Assembly: GCA_010015805.1 (NCBI GenBank)
Contig: ML978125.1
Location: 1,984,001 to 2,048,000, forward strand
Origin: Rhizodiscina lignyota
Lineage: Eukaryota
Direction of reading: 5' to 3'
DNA: 64,000 bases
Shown here: positions 35,891 through 48,623 of the stretch, one piece after another
Layout of the letters: the number at the start of each line of letters is the position of its first letter
Position numbering within the stretch: position 1 is the first letter of the stretch
Program-made: the position numbers and the translations under genes
Notes under the pieces: model-generated
What the model saw: only the letters and a program-made list of their open reading frames with translations
Database searches by the model: none
What the model was told of the DNA's origin: nothing

Positions 35891-38381
35891 ATGCCCACGT
35901 TCCTCAAAGGACTGCGTCGATCATCTACGAAATCAAGCAAAAAGGACAACGTCTCTGTATACAAAGAGAAAACAGACAACACATCCGATGGCACCTCATC
36001 TTCGCTAAGCTCCACCAACAATGGGTCAACCAGCCCGCCAGCTTCGGTCCCATCCGATCGTTCCGCATCAGACGTGAAGACCGTCAACAGTGGAAGCTTC
36101 AAAGAGAGTGCAGCTGCCCCGGGAAATAGGCCAACACTTAATTCGCAGAGATACAGCATCTCCGTAAGCTCCATCTACCCTGCCAAATGTCGAGACCGAA
36201 ACTAATATATTATAACGGCAGAGCATGATGTCCAACGGCAATGGAGCGCCTAAGTCTCCTACGTCACCTCTAGCGCCTCGCATCATTTCGGTATCGGAGA
36301 ATTCATGGGTATGTACTCATCTTCTTGTACAGGATATTAATGTTACTAAAACAGTGCTGTGCAGGTTCATCAGAAGATACTTCTGGTTTACGGCCAGATC
36401 GGCGACCCCAACTCGAAGCCGCTGGACGGCACGGTCACCATCTACCATCATCTCGACTCCTTTCCAGCCACGAACTGGCCTGTCTGCGATTCACACTTCA
36501 AAGCACTCGTGCATCTGCAGACCGGCCCGAACAAGTTGCGATTTGACTTTGTTCCCGTCCGCGGATCTGGCAGCACCAGCCCCACCCTCCACACTTCGTG
36601 GCTCACCGTCAACTACCTCCCCTTAAATAACGCCCCACCCATCCAATTGGTCATACTGCTTGCGAAAGACTCTCCAGGCACATTCGACGCTGTTCCACAG
36701 CGTGCCCAGGCGGAGGGCCATTCACTAGACACTGCAATTCGGAAGTTCCGCATGGCTGCCTACTTGTGGCAGGCATTCACTGGCGAGCAAATGTCTCGAG
36801 CGGGGTTCGGCAGGCGATGCTTCCGCTATGAAGAAGAATGGACGGATGGTACTACGAGCATTTCAGATCGGCAGACGGGCAAGATGCGGAACGAAGCCAA
36901 GATCCACGTCATCCGCATGGACAAGACGTTGAAAGACATCAGAGATTTGGACGTTGCTCAGCAGTACTCTGGTGCAAAGAGAAGCGGTGACTTGTACTCG
37001 TGGGCTACTGACGCTGTGAAGGACTACTTCAAGCCAAAGGCCGGCCAGAAACTCTATGTGTCTTGTCTCTATCTCGATTCCCATTGGGACACCAAGGCCA
37101 AAGTCGTTCGCGGTCATGCAGCCCTAGGTGGTGCAAATGACCCAGTTCACCTCGCCATCTTTGGTAGCCACGCTCTTCAGTCATACCCTACGGCCATCGA
37201 GGAGGTCGTGCCAGCGTTTTCGGACTGCACTAAGACGGATACGAGATTTGTTGCGAACGACGCTAACGAGTCCGGCAGCAGCTGGGAAGCGGCCAACATT
37301 GGCATCGGCGCCCACCTCCACGAGACTGGACATCTCCTCGGCTGTCCACATCAGGAGAACGGCGTCATGCTCCGAGATTATGTCAGACTGAACAGGACTT
37401 TCCTGACCCGTGAGCCGTACTCGACGAGGACGAAGCAACCTGGTCAAAGACTCGTCTTGAGGGGAGATGAGTGCGGCTGGCACAGACTGGATTGCTTGCG
37501 ATTCCGCTATCATCCTTGCTTCAGGCTTCCAACGGATCCACCAGTAATAGCCGATGAGTCAGTTCAGGTGTGGACTGTTGAGAATGGCACTGTGCTCGCC
37601 ACTGCCCCAACCGGTATCGCGTTCATCGAGATCTATGGTGAGGGTGACGACGTCTGCCGCGCGTGGAACGAGTACATCGATGGCGTCGGTAATGGAGGCG
37701 GCAATGGACCACCAAAGCAGCTCATGCTGATCGAGAGCGAGCTCAGGAGCAAGTTGCCGGCGGACAAGCAGAAGAAAACGATGAAGATCGAGATCCACTC
37801 GGCAGGCCAGGGCAAGCGCACCATTGACGACTTCGCCAGCCTGACGGGCAAGAACGCGATGGTGAAATTGCCAAATGGTCGTATGGGCTACAGGGGCGCG
37901 AAACTTGGGTTCAGCCAGATGGATGGCACGAAGCATCAGGAGCTGGTCTTGGATAGCGCGACCAAGCAGTCCAAGCTGCTGCTCAGCATCAGAGTGTTTG
38001 CTGGTTATGCGGTCGATGGAATCGAGTTCATCTACGAGGACCGCTCGACGCAGCTATTCGGCAACCGGGGAGGAAGTCCGACCGACTTTGCACTCGACAC
38101 GAGAAAGGGCGAGACGCTCTTGGGATTCTATCTCAGGGCCGGCTTGTGGATCGATGGACTGCAGGTGTGGACCTCTACGGGTCGAAAGAGCCAGATCTTC
38201 GGAAATGCTACTGGTGGCAGCGGGTACGTGGATATTCATTTCGTTTCTAGACTTTGGGTTTGATGTTAACAAGATTCATTACAGGCACACTCTCATCCCT
38301 CCCCGCGGCTACAACATTGTTGGCATTTACGGCTCTTGCGGCCAGTGGCTCGATGGCTTTGGTCTCATCATCAGCAGATGA
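35891..38381 (+). CDS. Putative zinc metallopeptidase (YIL108W-like) with C-terminal jacalin-like domain
   Basis: Four exons; FKALVHLQTGPNKL, FRMAAYLWQAFT, GHAALG, HLHETGHLLGCPH (HExxH); C-terminal DGIEF..FGNRGG..GLWIDGL..GIYGSCGQWLDGFG. Confidence 0.88.
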
Positions 38382-39061
38382 GCGAGTGTGGCTAGAATCT
38401 CAGGATTCTAGCTTTGTGCAGGTGGTTTGCTTCGTAATTTCTTCTGCATTTCCCAAAATGCCCTTGGTACATATGCGTTCTGGATGGCATTGCCCATTTG
38501 TGTCGAGAACGCCGCGGCTCAGCGGAGTAATTCAGTGTATATAGATACCCTCCGCATTCCCCCTCGTTTAGGCAGTGTTTCATGTTCTGGATACGAAAGC
38601 AGGAACATTCATGGCGGCATGGCTTGGTTTGGCTTTTCAATGATGAAGGCCGCCGTGTGCAGGACCAGCCTTCTTTTTCTTTCTTTCTACTTCCTCGGGG
38701 GCACGACTGAAGCAACGATGGGGATCAGGGATAGATTGGACACGAGTTTTCTTGAGTGTCACTTGCATGTTGGGATGATTCCTTCTTCTTTTTTTCCTTT
38801 TTCTAAGAAACAGCTGATCGTTAATAGCGACAGCGCAGGCACAAGCACAATGGTTCACAATAATATTGGGTCGAAATAATATACTTAATCCTGTACACTT
38901 CTTCGACTGCTGCATCGTGACAAGTGAAACAGAGCAGTTCGCATTATGCTTCAATATTGTCTGCGATCCTTGGACTACAGTTGTGTACTCTCCCGTACAC
39001 ATCTTGCAATACCTCCAACGAACATCGTGACGCCCGCCCAATAACCAGCACACATTATTCA

Positions 39062-39985
39062 TTAATCAACGTCTTCCAAACCAAGCTCTTCCGCTTCTCT
39101 TCGATATGCATCGCGATCCCTACCTCGCTGACCTGTCGTCCCGGCCTCATCCTCGATCGCAAAATCAAGGTGTACTTGGATGCTTCGAAGATTCCAATTA
39201 GCCTGGTCCGCGAAGCTCCGTCTAATCGCCTCGACCATATCCTCCTGACTGAAACCGTCTTCGTGGGGGATTCCTGCGGTGTCAGGAAACTCTCTCTGCC
39301 TCCGTCTTCTGGGTTCTTCTGGCGGGGGTGTCGGGGTGGTCTCGGCGGTCGTAGCTGTCTCTCCCTCATGGCTCTGCTCGAGCATGTCCACCACCCTCGC
39401 TGGGGGGAGCCAGACTCCCTGCTCATTCTGCTCAAGCGCAATTGCCACGGCCTGTTCCCCAGCGCATCCCTTCGGGATGTATCCCAGTTGAGGCGCTATC
39501 GCATCTCCCTTCTTCCACGGCGACCTCGGCGCTCCAAGCCATCGACACTTCTCCCTCAACGCGTCATAGTCGCCGCCAATCGCGTGGAGACCGCCGCCAA
39601 GGTGCACGCCCGGAACCTCTCCCTCTCCAGGCTCATCCCGAAGCGCAGGAGCTGCCAGCGGTTCCGCGTCTGGTTTGAGGTCGAAGCGCTCCATTTGCAG
39701 GAATAGCACATATCCAGGCGGCCCTTCGAATGCAGCGGAGGGGCTGAGGCCATGCTCGGAATAGCAGCGCAGGCCGGCCGAGCGTGTATGTCCAGGGCAG
39801 ACTGTATTGCCGCATAGGTACGGGCTGTTGTCTTCACATACGTCTGCGTCTATTTGCATATAGCAGTCGCCGCCGCATCTCGGGAAGTGGGCGCAGCGGA
39901 GAGAGAACTCGTCGACAGGGAATTCGGCGGCCGGGAGTGTGAGATTCTCTATGTGGAACGGTTCGAAGGCAGGGTCTGTTGACAT
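39062..39985 (-). CDS. Orphan acidic protein with Cys/His-rich N-terminus, 307 aa, intronless
   Basis: ATG in caaaATGt context, plausible codon use; CAHFPRCGGDC..C..LCGNTVCPGH..CYSEH. Confidence 0.55.
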   Translation of the reverse strand: MSTDPAFEPFHIENLTLPAAEFPVDEFSLRCAHFPRCGGDCYMQIDADVCEDNSPYLCGNTVCPGHTRSAGLRCYSEHGLSPSAAFEGPPGYVLFLQMERFDLKPDAEPLAAPALRDEPGEGEVPGVHLGGGLHAIGGDYDALREKCRWLGAPRSPWKKGDAIAPQLGYIPKGCAGEQAVAIALEQNEQGVWLPPARVVDMLEQSHEGETATTAETTPTPPPEEPRRRRQREFPDTAGIPHEDGFSQEDMVEAIRRSFADQANWNLRSIQVHLDFAIEDEAGTTGQRGRDRDAYRREAEELGLEDVD

Positions 39986-40689
39986 TTTGTGGAGACTGGT
40001 GCAGTCTTTCAGAGCGAAGTATGTGTGGGATTGCGAGGTTGTAAAAGTTGAGAGATTCCGAACACGCTCTTGATTTGTCCGCAGAGGCCAGCTCAGAATC
40101 TGTCTGTAGAGTCGGTGTGTTGCTTGAGATCAGTGAAATCTGAAATGAAAAGGTTTCGAGGCAGCTATTGTTGACTAGTGACACACAATGACAAAACTCG
40201 GAGTCGGGCGAGCCCAGAAAATAAAATACTGCCCGGCTTAAAATAAACCTAGGCCATGCGCTTCTCATGACATTTCAGAGTCAGGGAGTAGCGCCCTAAG
40301 CGCCCTTCGTTGAGGTTGCACACTTTTCAGGATTCTTTCTTCGACAGAGCGCCCGGCCGGGCGTCATGGGAACGCGTCCTAAGCGCGTTGAACTTACCGC
40401 CGAGCTGTCACACATTTACCCATGTGGCCAGAAGCAAACTACTATGCGATGTCATGGAATAGAGAGATCAACGGAAGGAGATAGTAGGCGAGTTGGCTGA
40501 AGTTCTATATTACCTGCCCATCTCAGAAACCCCAGGAGCGGTCTATTCTATTGCCTTGATGAGAAGTAAGTTCTATGATTCATTCAGTCAATCTCCGTCA
40601 ATACCGAGATGTCTCCTTCGTCATTCACGAACTCGCTGTATGTGAGCTGGCTGAAAACGCAGCAGAAGTAGGTGCCCATCACCTGCAGG

Positions 40690-42963
40690 TTAGCCAGCGG
40701 TGGGACTGTCTCGCGAGAAATTCGCTACCAAAGTGCCAGAATTCATAACTTCAGGCCCGACGCATGCCGCCAACTCCGCAATGATGCCTTTGAGGGATTT
40801 TAGGTCAGTCATTGAGCCACTGTCCCATGACACGATATTCTATGGCACTTGTCAGTACGAGGATTGTGCATCATAGAGATACAAATGAAACGGAGCATTT
40901 CTTACACTTGTCTTCGTAATTGTCGTCGGGGATATCTTGATGTTAATATCGTCAAGATCGATCTGTTGCTCAAGCTCATCGACGCTCATGACACCGGGCA
41001 TACCGCATTCTATAACTGATGCTCCCGCTTGATCGATGTCCGCCACGCTCTGGACAGCAAAGTTGGAATCCGACTCTGCACTGTTTCCGTTCTCTTCATA
41101 CTGATTCGTCATTTGTGTGTCTTTCCCCTCGCTGCCGTCGAGATTTGGACTCGGTGCCGGGCCATTCTGGGTCGCTTTCAAAGCTCTTTCTCTAGACATA
41201 CTGACATACTTCTTCTTTTCCATCAGTTTCGTCGCCTCCTCGTCCAGCCGATCCCAGGCAAAGGTATCCAAATCCAGGAAATACTGAGGTTGATAGTCGC
41301 CTTTATATCGCATCTTCTGGCAGCTGTGAATGTAGTAGCCCATGTAGTAGTAGCTATAAGCAGCCTCAAGTGCCAGGTTTGCCTCGCGAAGCGCACTCAG
41401 TTTACCGAAACTCCACTTCTCAAAGTCGGAGTGGTACATGAAATACACACCGCTAACGCAGTGGGGCAGCAGGTCGAGGACAGCCATTGCAATAAGCCGA
41501 CCATCTAGACGGTAGACTTGATGGTATGAGCCCAGCTTCTTCGTTTTCCCTGTTGAATGGTCGTGTACGGTCTCGCGGATGATTGGCGAGCCACACAGGA
41601 AACGTTTAAAGCTACCTGGAGTTGTTTCTGCCGCAGGTTCGCGATGGACATGCTCTTGATAGTTTTGGAAAAGGACGAACTTCTCCTGGGTGAAGGCGTC
41701 TTCCTCTAACGTGACTTCAAAACGATGTGCTGGTTCTGGAGGAGTGCGAACTTCCGAGTATTCGCTCTCGTGGATCGTCCGAGCCAGATCATATTCGTTG
41801 CGCTGTCGTTTCTTCTCTCTGAGTTGCCTCGTGTTAGATTGCCTCTTAACAACACGGAGAAGCATTCTTACTCCTTCGATATGGGATAGAGCTTTGCAGC
41901 TTCTTTCTGATATTCATCGCCAAGAACAAAGCGGTTCCATTTATTGACTGCTGTCCGCTGGTCTTTTCGCGGTTTAAAGTCCGCAACCGGGATTCTCCTC
42001 TCAGTCAGTACGTCTCGTGACAAGAAGTGATTTGATATACCTTATGGTGTACTGTGCACAACATGATAGCCTGTTATCCGGCTTGTAGAGAAGTGTTCCA
42101 GATCTGGACATACAGCGGGTCAGCGGTAAGTCCCTGCGGCTGCAAATAGCCGGTCAATGCATACCTGCGCCATCCTCGGTCTACAAGTCCTTGGTAGTCG
42201 TCGGCGGTGAGCTTGCTGGAGCGAATGTAATATGATGCGCCTGCAAAATAGAGTCGAGGTCAGATTAAAGTTGGGAGATTTCCTGCATTGAGCGGCTGAA
42301 TGCTTGCAATTCTGCATGTGGTCTAGAACGAGGGATTTTCCACTATGCGATTTCCAAAAAAAATGACGCAAAAGCATATATGGGCGCGGCATGTGCATTA
42401 GACAGCTCGTAGTGCAATTTATGAGACACATGACTGAGGTGAGGTGGTCGGAGGCAGAATGGACGACATCTCACGACAGGTAGTCGATACATCCGAATTG
42501 AGCTTGCAACAACGACGTACTCACGAGGAGTGCGGTGACGTTATAGCAATTGTCATATGCTCAATTGCCCTGCTGGAAGGGGGATGTATCGCATGAGGGC
42601 AGGCTACACCAGTGGCAGGAAGATAGTAAAGCAAGCATGCAGCATAACTAAGGGAAACATGCAACGCACGAGAGTTAGGGGATCGCTGACTTGAATCTGG
42701 ATCTTTGCAATATCCACAGGACGAGGTGTGATAGCCTGTGGTCCATCAGCATTTGTCGGAGGTTCGTCATGCTGTGCGGGAACGGGGAGGGAGGTGACTC
42801 GAGTCACGAAGCGTTCGTGGACGCACGGCGGCCAGCCAGACAACCACGAGGTGAAAGCAAGCAGTCCGAGTGGAGGGTTAGGCCTTTAGAGCAGCCGGGA
42901 AGAGGAAGAGCGTGACATGCACGTACCGATGGGCCTGACAAAAGAAAGTCGCGGGTCCGGCAT
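40690..42963 (-). CDS. ATE1: Arginyl-tRNA--protein transferase (N-degron pathway)
   Basis: Exons: MPDPRLSFVRPIG|YHTSSCGYCK..|ASYY..LVDRGWRR|SGTLLYKP..SCCAQYTIR|..FKRFLCGSP..GSYHQVYRLDGRLIAMAVLDLLP..YYMGYYIHSCQKMRYK..|..LKGIIAELAA. Confidence 0.93.
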
Positions 42964-43918
42964 GGAGAGAGCGGGAGCGCGCGCTGCTGTGATGCAAGTG
43001 CAGGGCGGCGGGAGGACGAGTGCTCAGCACGAGTATTAGCGGCAGAGGCGGCCTCTTACTCAGGGCTTCGCAGCGCTTTTCAGGGTAAGAGGTCGCATGT
43101 CGCCTGTCGATGGGGCGACGTGAGAGATTGTGCGTGGGAAGCGCGGGAAACCTAATGCACGACAGCGGCGTGGTGAGAGGGCGGCGCGAGGGCGAGGAGC
43201 TTCTAAAACATCTTCGAGAAACGCGATCGAAGCGGCGGCGAACAAGACGACGTGAAGCAGACACGCGCTTGGGGAGCAGTCGCCGGTTTTCCGAATGGCG
43301 TCAGAGTGCGGTGAGGTAGGACGCACTCGTAGCTCAGCGCCGTCGTTCCCGAAGTCTCGGAGCGTGCTTGGCTGCTGGCAGGTGGCAGCAGCAGCGTAAC
43401 TGACCAGGCCAACCTGGAAATTTTCGTGCTCAGATCGCCAGATACAGCGCTCTCGCTTGGCCAGGGGCAGCAGGCGACATGGGTGCGGCGTGCGTGCTGC
43501 TCTAGCTTCACCTTTTTTTCCTTCAAAAGACTCCCCACGCTCCCCCAACGTCTGCCATCGTATACTCCTGTCACCATGAAGGCCTCACCCACCAGCAAGC
43601 CCCTCCTCCTCCCATACCCTCAAACGGGTCTCCCGCGGGGTTGATCCAGTCCATCGTCTTGCATCTATTCTCCCTTTCCTCCACCCGCGCTGCCTTCCCC
43701 TTTGGCTCGCTGACCGGTCTTGGGTGGCTTGTTTGTTCAGTGCGGCCACGCGTGTGTTGTTACGCCTAGTCGCCGTCACGGTCGTTCCTTTTTCTTCTTA
43801 TAAGGGCAATTGCCCGTGTGACCGCCTCCAGACCGCCTCCAACGCTCAGAGCTGCCTGAGGTTACGGCAAGGCATTACTCGCAACACCGACGAGACGGCA
43901 CCTTCAAAGTAATCCAGC

Positions 43919-44461
43919 ATGGCGGGCAGTCGGTCAATGGTCTCCAGGACGGGGAGGAATAATCAACGTTAGTTGCTTAATAACATCCCATTGCATCCGC
44001 CTGCCAATCCAGGCTTGCATTAGCCTCCATTGCTGACATGGTGTTCGTCAGGCTACGGCCCGAATGGTGAACGCCTGGTTGCCGGCGTTGTGCCCCTCTC
44101 TGAAGACAAATACTACGTTCTCCTCGTGCAATCGACCCGACGCGGTGCGTGGGTTCTCCCAAAGGGCGGCTGGGAGACTGACGAAGCGACCGCCGCTGAA
44201 GCTGCACAGCGTGAGGCTTGGGAAGAGGCCGGCATCACCTGCCGCATCAACTACGATCTGGGCAAGATTCCTGAGGTGAAAGAGGGCAAAGTCAAAGCCG
44301 AGTACAACTTCTTCGAAGCGACAGTCGAGCGACAAGAATCGCAATGGCCTGAGATGCACAAGAGGCAGCGAATGTGGATGACCTTTGCACAGGCCGAGGC
44401 TGCGCTTGCGGAGCGCCCAGAGCTGCTGGCGGCACTAAGGGCGTGTACGATGAAGCGCTGA
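43919..44461 (+). CDS. DDP1: Diphosphoinositol polyphosphate phosphohydrolase (DIPP/Ddp1/Aps1 Nudix)
   Basis: MAGSRSMVSRTGRNNQR|YGPNGERLVAGVVP, intron 43968-44051; Nudix box PKGGWETDE..AAQREAWEEAG; WPEMHKRQR. Confidence 0.9.
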
Positions 44462-45755
44462 ACATGATCGAGATTGAAAGTAAACAGCATAAGAACGGAA
44501 CCCTAATGGGCGCAGAAGCATCCGAAGACCGCACAGGGCTTATGAGCTACATGACATGGTTTGCATACATGGAAGGCTGGCGATCTGACGATTTCGGGCA
44601 AAGGCATTCTGATACCCGCATCAGGGGCATTGGGCAATCATCCTGGAATTGATGTTTTCGGAGGTCTAATCGTCTTTGCATGCGGTCCTATTGTTCACTT
44701 CGTTCAAACCGATCTGCATTTGTTTCGGCTATGAGAACATTGATTTGACTATAGAAAGTTTGTCATATGCGCGCGCGTTTATGCAGCAGCGCTAAATCGT
44801 ATGCATTTTGGTTTGTCTTCACTCTTCACCAACAGCAAGATACAGCTTCCGTCTGGAATGCTTGTCAACTCAGTTGCCCCTTTTGAGTTCCTCGCTCCAT
44901 CACGAATATAGCTCGCAGAGAACGCTCTCGGATCGGCTGGTCAACCATGATAGGATAGGAGAGCACAGGATACCTTCATGGACCTCGATCATCGAATGCC
45001 GTATTGGGAGCACTACGAACTGAGAGCTCCCTGAGCCCAAGCATCGTCTTCAGTTCATGCATATTATATGGGTTGAGTGCACTTCTGGCAAATACTGTCC
45101 GAGGCATACCAAACCAAGGATTCGGACATGCTCTCGAAAGCATTGAAGAACAAAATTCATTTTTGCTACACGATTTCGACTTAGGCGACTCGACTATTTG
45201 TATTACCCTCGAACTTACAGTGCACGTCATATTGCTTATGTTAGTGTAACACACTATGCCTCATACACCATGTCGAGAGGCGAGAAAACAAGGCATACCA
45301 AAGTTCGATTACTTTTTCTGGAAGCTTACTGTCTACTTTGCGTCTTTCCACTCAAACTCGAACCACATCGTATTCCTGGAGTCTTGTGGCATCCATCCGG
45401 AATACTTCCATTATAAACACGGGCCTCTACTATATCGTTATCATATGCTTCAGATACGCTGTGACGACACTCGTATGGCACTGGATGACTTCTTAAACGC
45501 GAGGTAACGGAGGTCTCGAATCATCAACTTAGTAATTCATACTATCGAAAAATTGTGCTGCCATTACTTTTAATTGTAATTTCAGAATGCCTTCCCGTCC
45601 TTTTCAGTATTAATATTTGTCTGTAATTTAAGTCCAATCATCCAGTCGTGCCTCAATCAATCGTTCAAAGGCCATAATAATCTCGTCAAATCGTCGTCAT
45701 ATCTGGCATTAACTTTTCGTGCCACGATCCTCAATTGGAATCGACCACACTTCGT

Positions 45756-48623
45756 TCATTCAACTTCCTTCCATTCTTTCTTCACCCGATCCAACTCCTC
45801 CTTCACAAAAGCCCGGTCCCACTCCTCTCCCTTCATCATCTTTTCCAGCGTGGCATACGTCTCGTACGTTCCCATTTCCACGGCCTTCCGTTCCCGCACC
45901 TTCTTCGCCAGATATTTCTCATCGTTGTCCGCCACCGCATTCACCCATATTCTGCGCATACGTGGCGAGTACAGCTGGCAGGAGCTTCCCATGCCTCTTG
46001 TCAGGCCATTCTCACGTGGCACTGCCTGCGGCGTGCGTATGAACTGATCCGGTAGCGATACGGAGCTCGTGACAGGGGATGTACGTGTCGATGAGCGGAT
46101 GTGCGGGTTCACCGCCTCATGAAAGCATTTCGAGCAGACTGTAAACTCCGGCACACCAGGGATGAAATGCCAATTCGCACCTCTGGAAAGCTTGTCGCCC
46201 TTGCATGGTGGAAGGTTCTTGGTAATCATCGTCTGCTGCACAAGGTCGGCAAATTGCTTCAGATCCGGGCTCCGCTTCGATCGCCGGGCCATCTCATCGA
46301 TTTCGACCAGTCTATCGAGATATTGAGCAAACGTCGGGGCTCCACGATCTAAAGAACAACAATGCGCCTGTCGTGACACACGCATCAAGCAATCCTTCAG
46401 GCTTGGGAATAGAGCCTCGAGATATCTCCTATCCCTCCCGCAAATATAGAAATCCGGAATGGCATCGTCATTGTGGTCCACGAGTCCGTACCAGCTCATC
46501 TTCACCTCCTCGTCGGCCGGACACTCATCCTCGAAATTTGAGATGGAGCTGACCGCGTATACGAGATCCAAGTCTGGCCGTCGTTGCTTGAGCGTGAGCA
46601 ACCAAGCGAGCCTTACCCACGGCCGCGAGAAGTCACAGCGGATACGCTCGCCTGGCTCGCGAATTGCTCGCACAAAGTATCCATGGAATGGAGTGGGTCC
46701 AACGGTGGTAGCGAGGCACTCTGGACAGATGTTGAACGTTGCATCATTCGTCAAGGTGAACCAATCATCATACTTGGAACTGGATTTGTTTCTCGGACAT
46801 GATGCGGGTGGTGCAGGGACTGGTGTGGTTGGTCGGGAGACAGTGTCTAGACGGGCATCAGTCGGCGAACCGAGAGAAGGCGAGACAGGAGAGCTGAGAC
46901 GGTCGTTCTTCGATTGTGGGACGCCTTCGGTGAGAGTATGGCGGGAGCCGAAAGTGGGACGTTGGAGCGGAGACTTCCTCAGATTTTCAGCTGGCACAGG
47001 TGTTGCTGCCGGAGAACGTGATCGCGGCTCAGGAGCTTGGTTCACTGGAGCAGAAGGGTGGCGGAATTGGTATGCAGCTTCTGATGGCATCAGATGAACT
47101 GCATCATCATCAGGATATGGTAGTGGAGACTTCGACATCCTTGATGGAGAGGGTGAATAAATGTCGATACGAGGGCCTGGTGGTGTGGGAATAGATTCAG
47201 ATCGCATAGAAGAGCTGAGCCTGGATGGTCCTCTAGTCCGATCCTGAGGAAACGTGGCGCGTGACTCGAGCTTCGCATTTACTGCATCAAATAGCGCTAC
47301 TGATGGTATCACATCTCCGGCTACAGATAGAGGAGTAGTTGGCCTTGAGTTTTGTCTTGATCCAGGACGCGATCGACCTTCGCGCGGAGAGGGAGCAACT
47401 TGTGACGGCCCAAGCTTTGGCGATTGAGGAGGAGAGTACGGATATGGCTCCCGTGAAGGCTGCGATGTCACATTTTGCGGAACAGAACGTTGAGCCGATC
47501 CGCTGACACTTGGAGGAGTCAAATTGGCGGTCTGCTCATACGGCAAGGCTGACGAGGGTGTGCGTGGCGGTGCAGTCGGCCTCACGTTATCGGGTGTCGG
47601 AGTAGTTGGCCTTGATGATTGAGGCGAACGCGGCGGCGAATTGAAGCGGCTTCCTCGAAGCTTTGAGATTTTGGCATTGATGCTTTCATCGCTGCTGCTG
47701 TTGGATGTATGCGTGGGGGTTCGAACAGCCTTGCTAGGTAGCTCGGCGTTCGTAAAAGAGTACCGAGAGGAGCGAACCCGAGGCTGCAGCCTTACAGCAG
47801 CCTCGCTCAATTCCAGATCAGACTCATCAGTGAAGAAGATTTTCTTGTCCTCTGGGTAGGCCGAGGACGTCCGCTTGCTAGACACCGGTGATGGCTGATT
47901 TGGAGATGCGGCTCTCGAGCTACGCCTACTTCGCTGTGCTGGCGGCACATGTAAGGCAGAGGCAGTGAGTGGCGTAATAGGTTCCGGTGACAAAAGAAAT
48001 TCTGCAGAGCTGCGGCTGCTTCGGCTTCCCGTTGGACCACTGCTGTATGCATACCGGGAGGGCTCCCGAGTGGCGAACTCCGGAAGTGTGTCCACGTCAG
48101 TGTTGATAGGTGCTGGCGACTTGTCGCGCCAGTTCCTGGTCGATGGGGAGCCTTTTGATCTAGAATGGGCCAATTCGGGTTTCAGCTCTTGTATTTTCTC
48201 CCATTTGGGCCGTTGAACCTCAATCATCAAAGGTTCTTGCCCAATAGTTCCTCGATAGCACACTTCACCGCCATTCTCATCGCTTAGAGGAGACAGTGGA
48301 TTCCACTCTCTTGCCAAACTTTCAATTTCTGTTTCGACATATGGCCGCGGAGGCCACCGCACTCGGCTCCGCACTCTTGGAGCTCGAGGGCTATGTGGTG
48401 ATGAATAAGTGTGTGCTCGTTGGGCGAGGGGTCGGTCTTCGCTTAGGTTATCCAATCTGAGGCTTCGTATGAGAGTCAGCCAACCACCACGAATGTACTT
48501 TGCAGAGCCAATTTATAGGGAAAGGTACCTTGGATACCTCGATCCGGCCTCCCGCGGTCGAATGTAGGATTCATGTCTCGTCGCTTCGTAAGGACGGCGG
48601 GTGTAGAGCGAGGAATAGTCCAT
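45756..48623 (-). CDS. Conserved filamentous-fungal hypothetical protein: long S/P/R-rich disordered region plus Cys-rich C-terminal domain
   Basis: 899-codon ORF; probable exon 1 from ATG 48623 with intron 48457-48537; C-terminal C..W..F.IC..C..CDF modules. Confidence 0.8.

Noticed and set aside
38924..39706. 260-aa plus-strand ORF
   Set aside because: Antisense shadow of the 307-aa ORF; GTG start and atypical composition.
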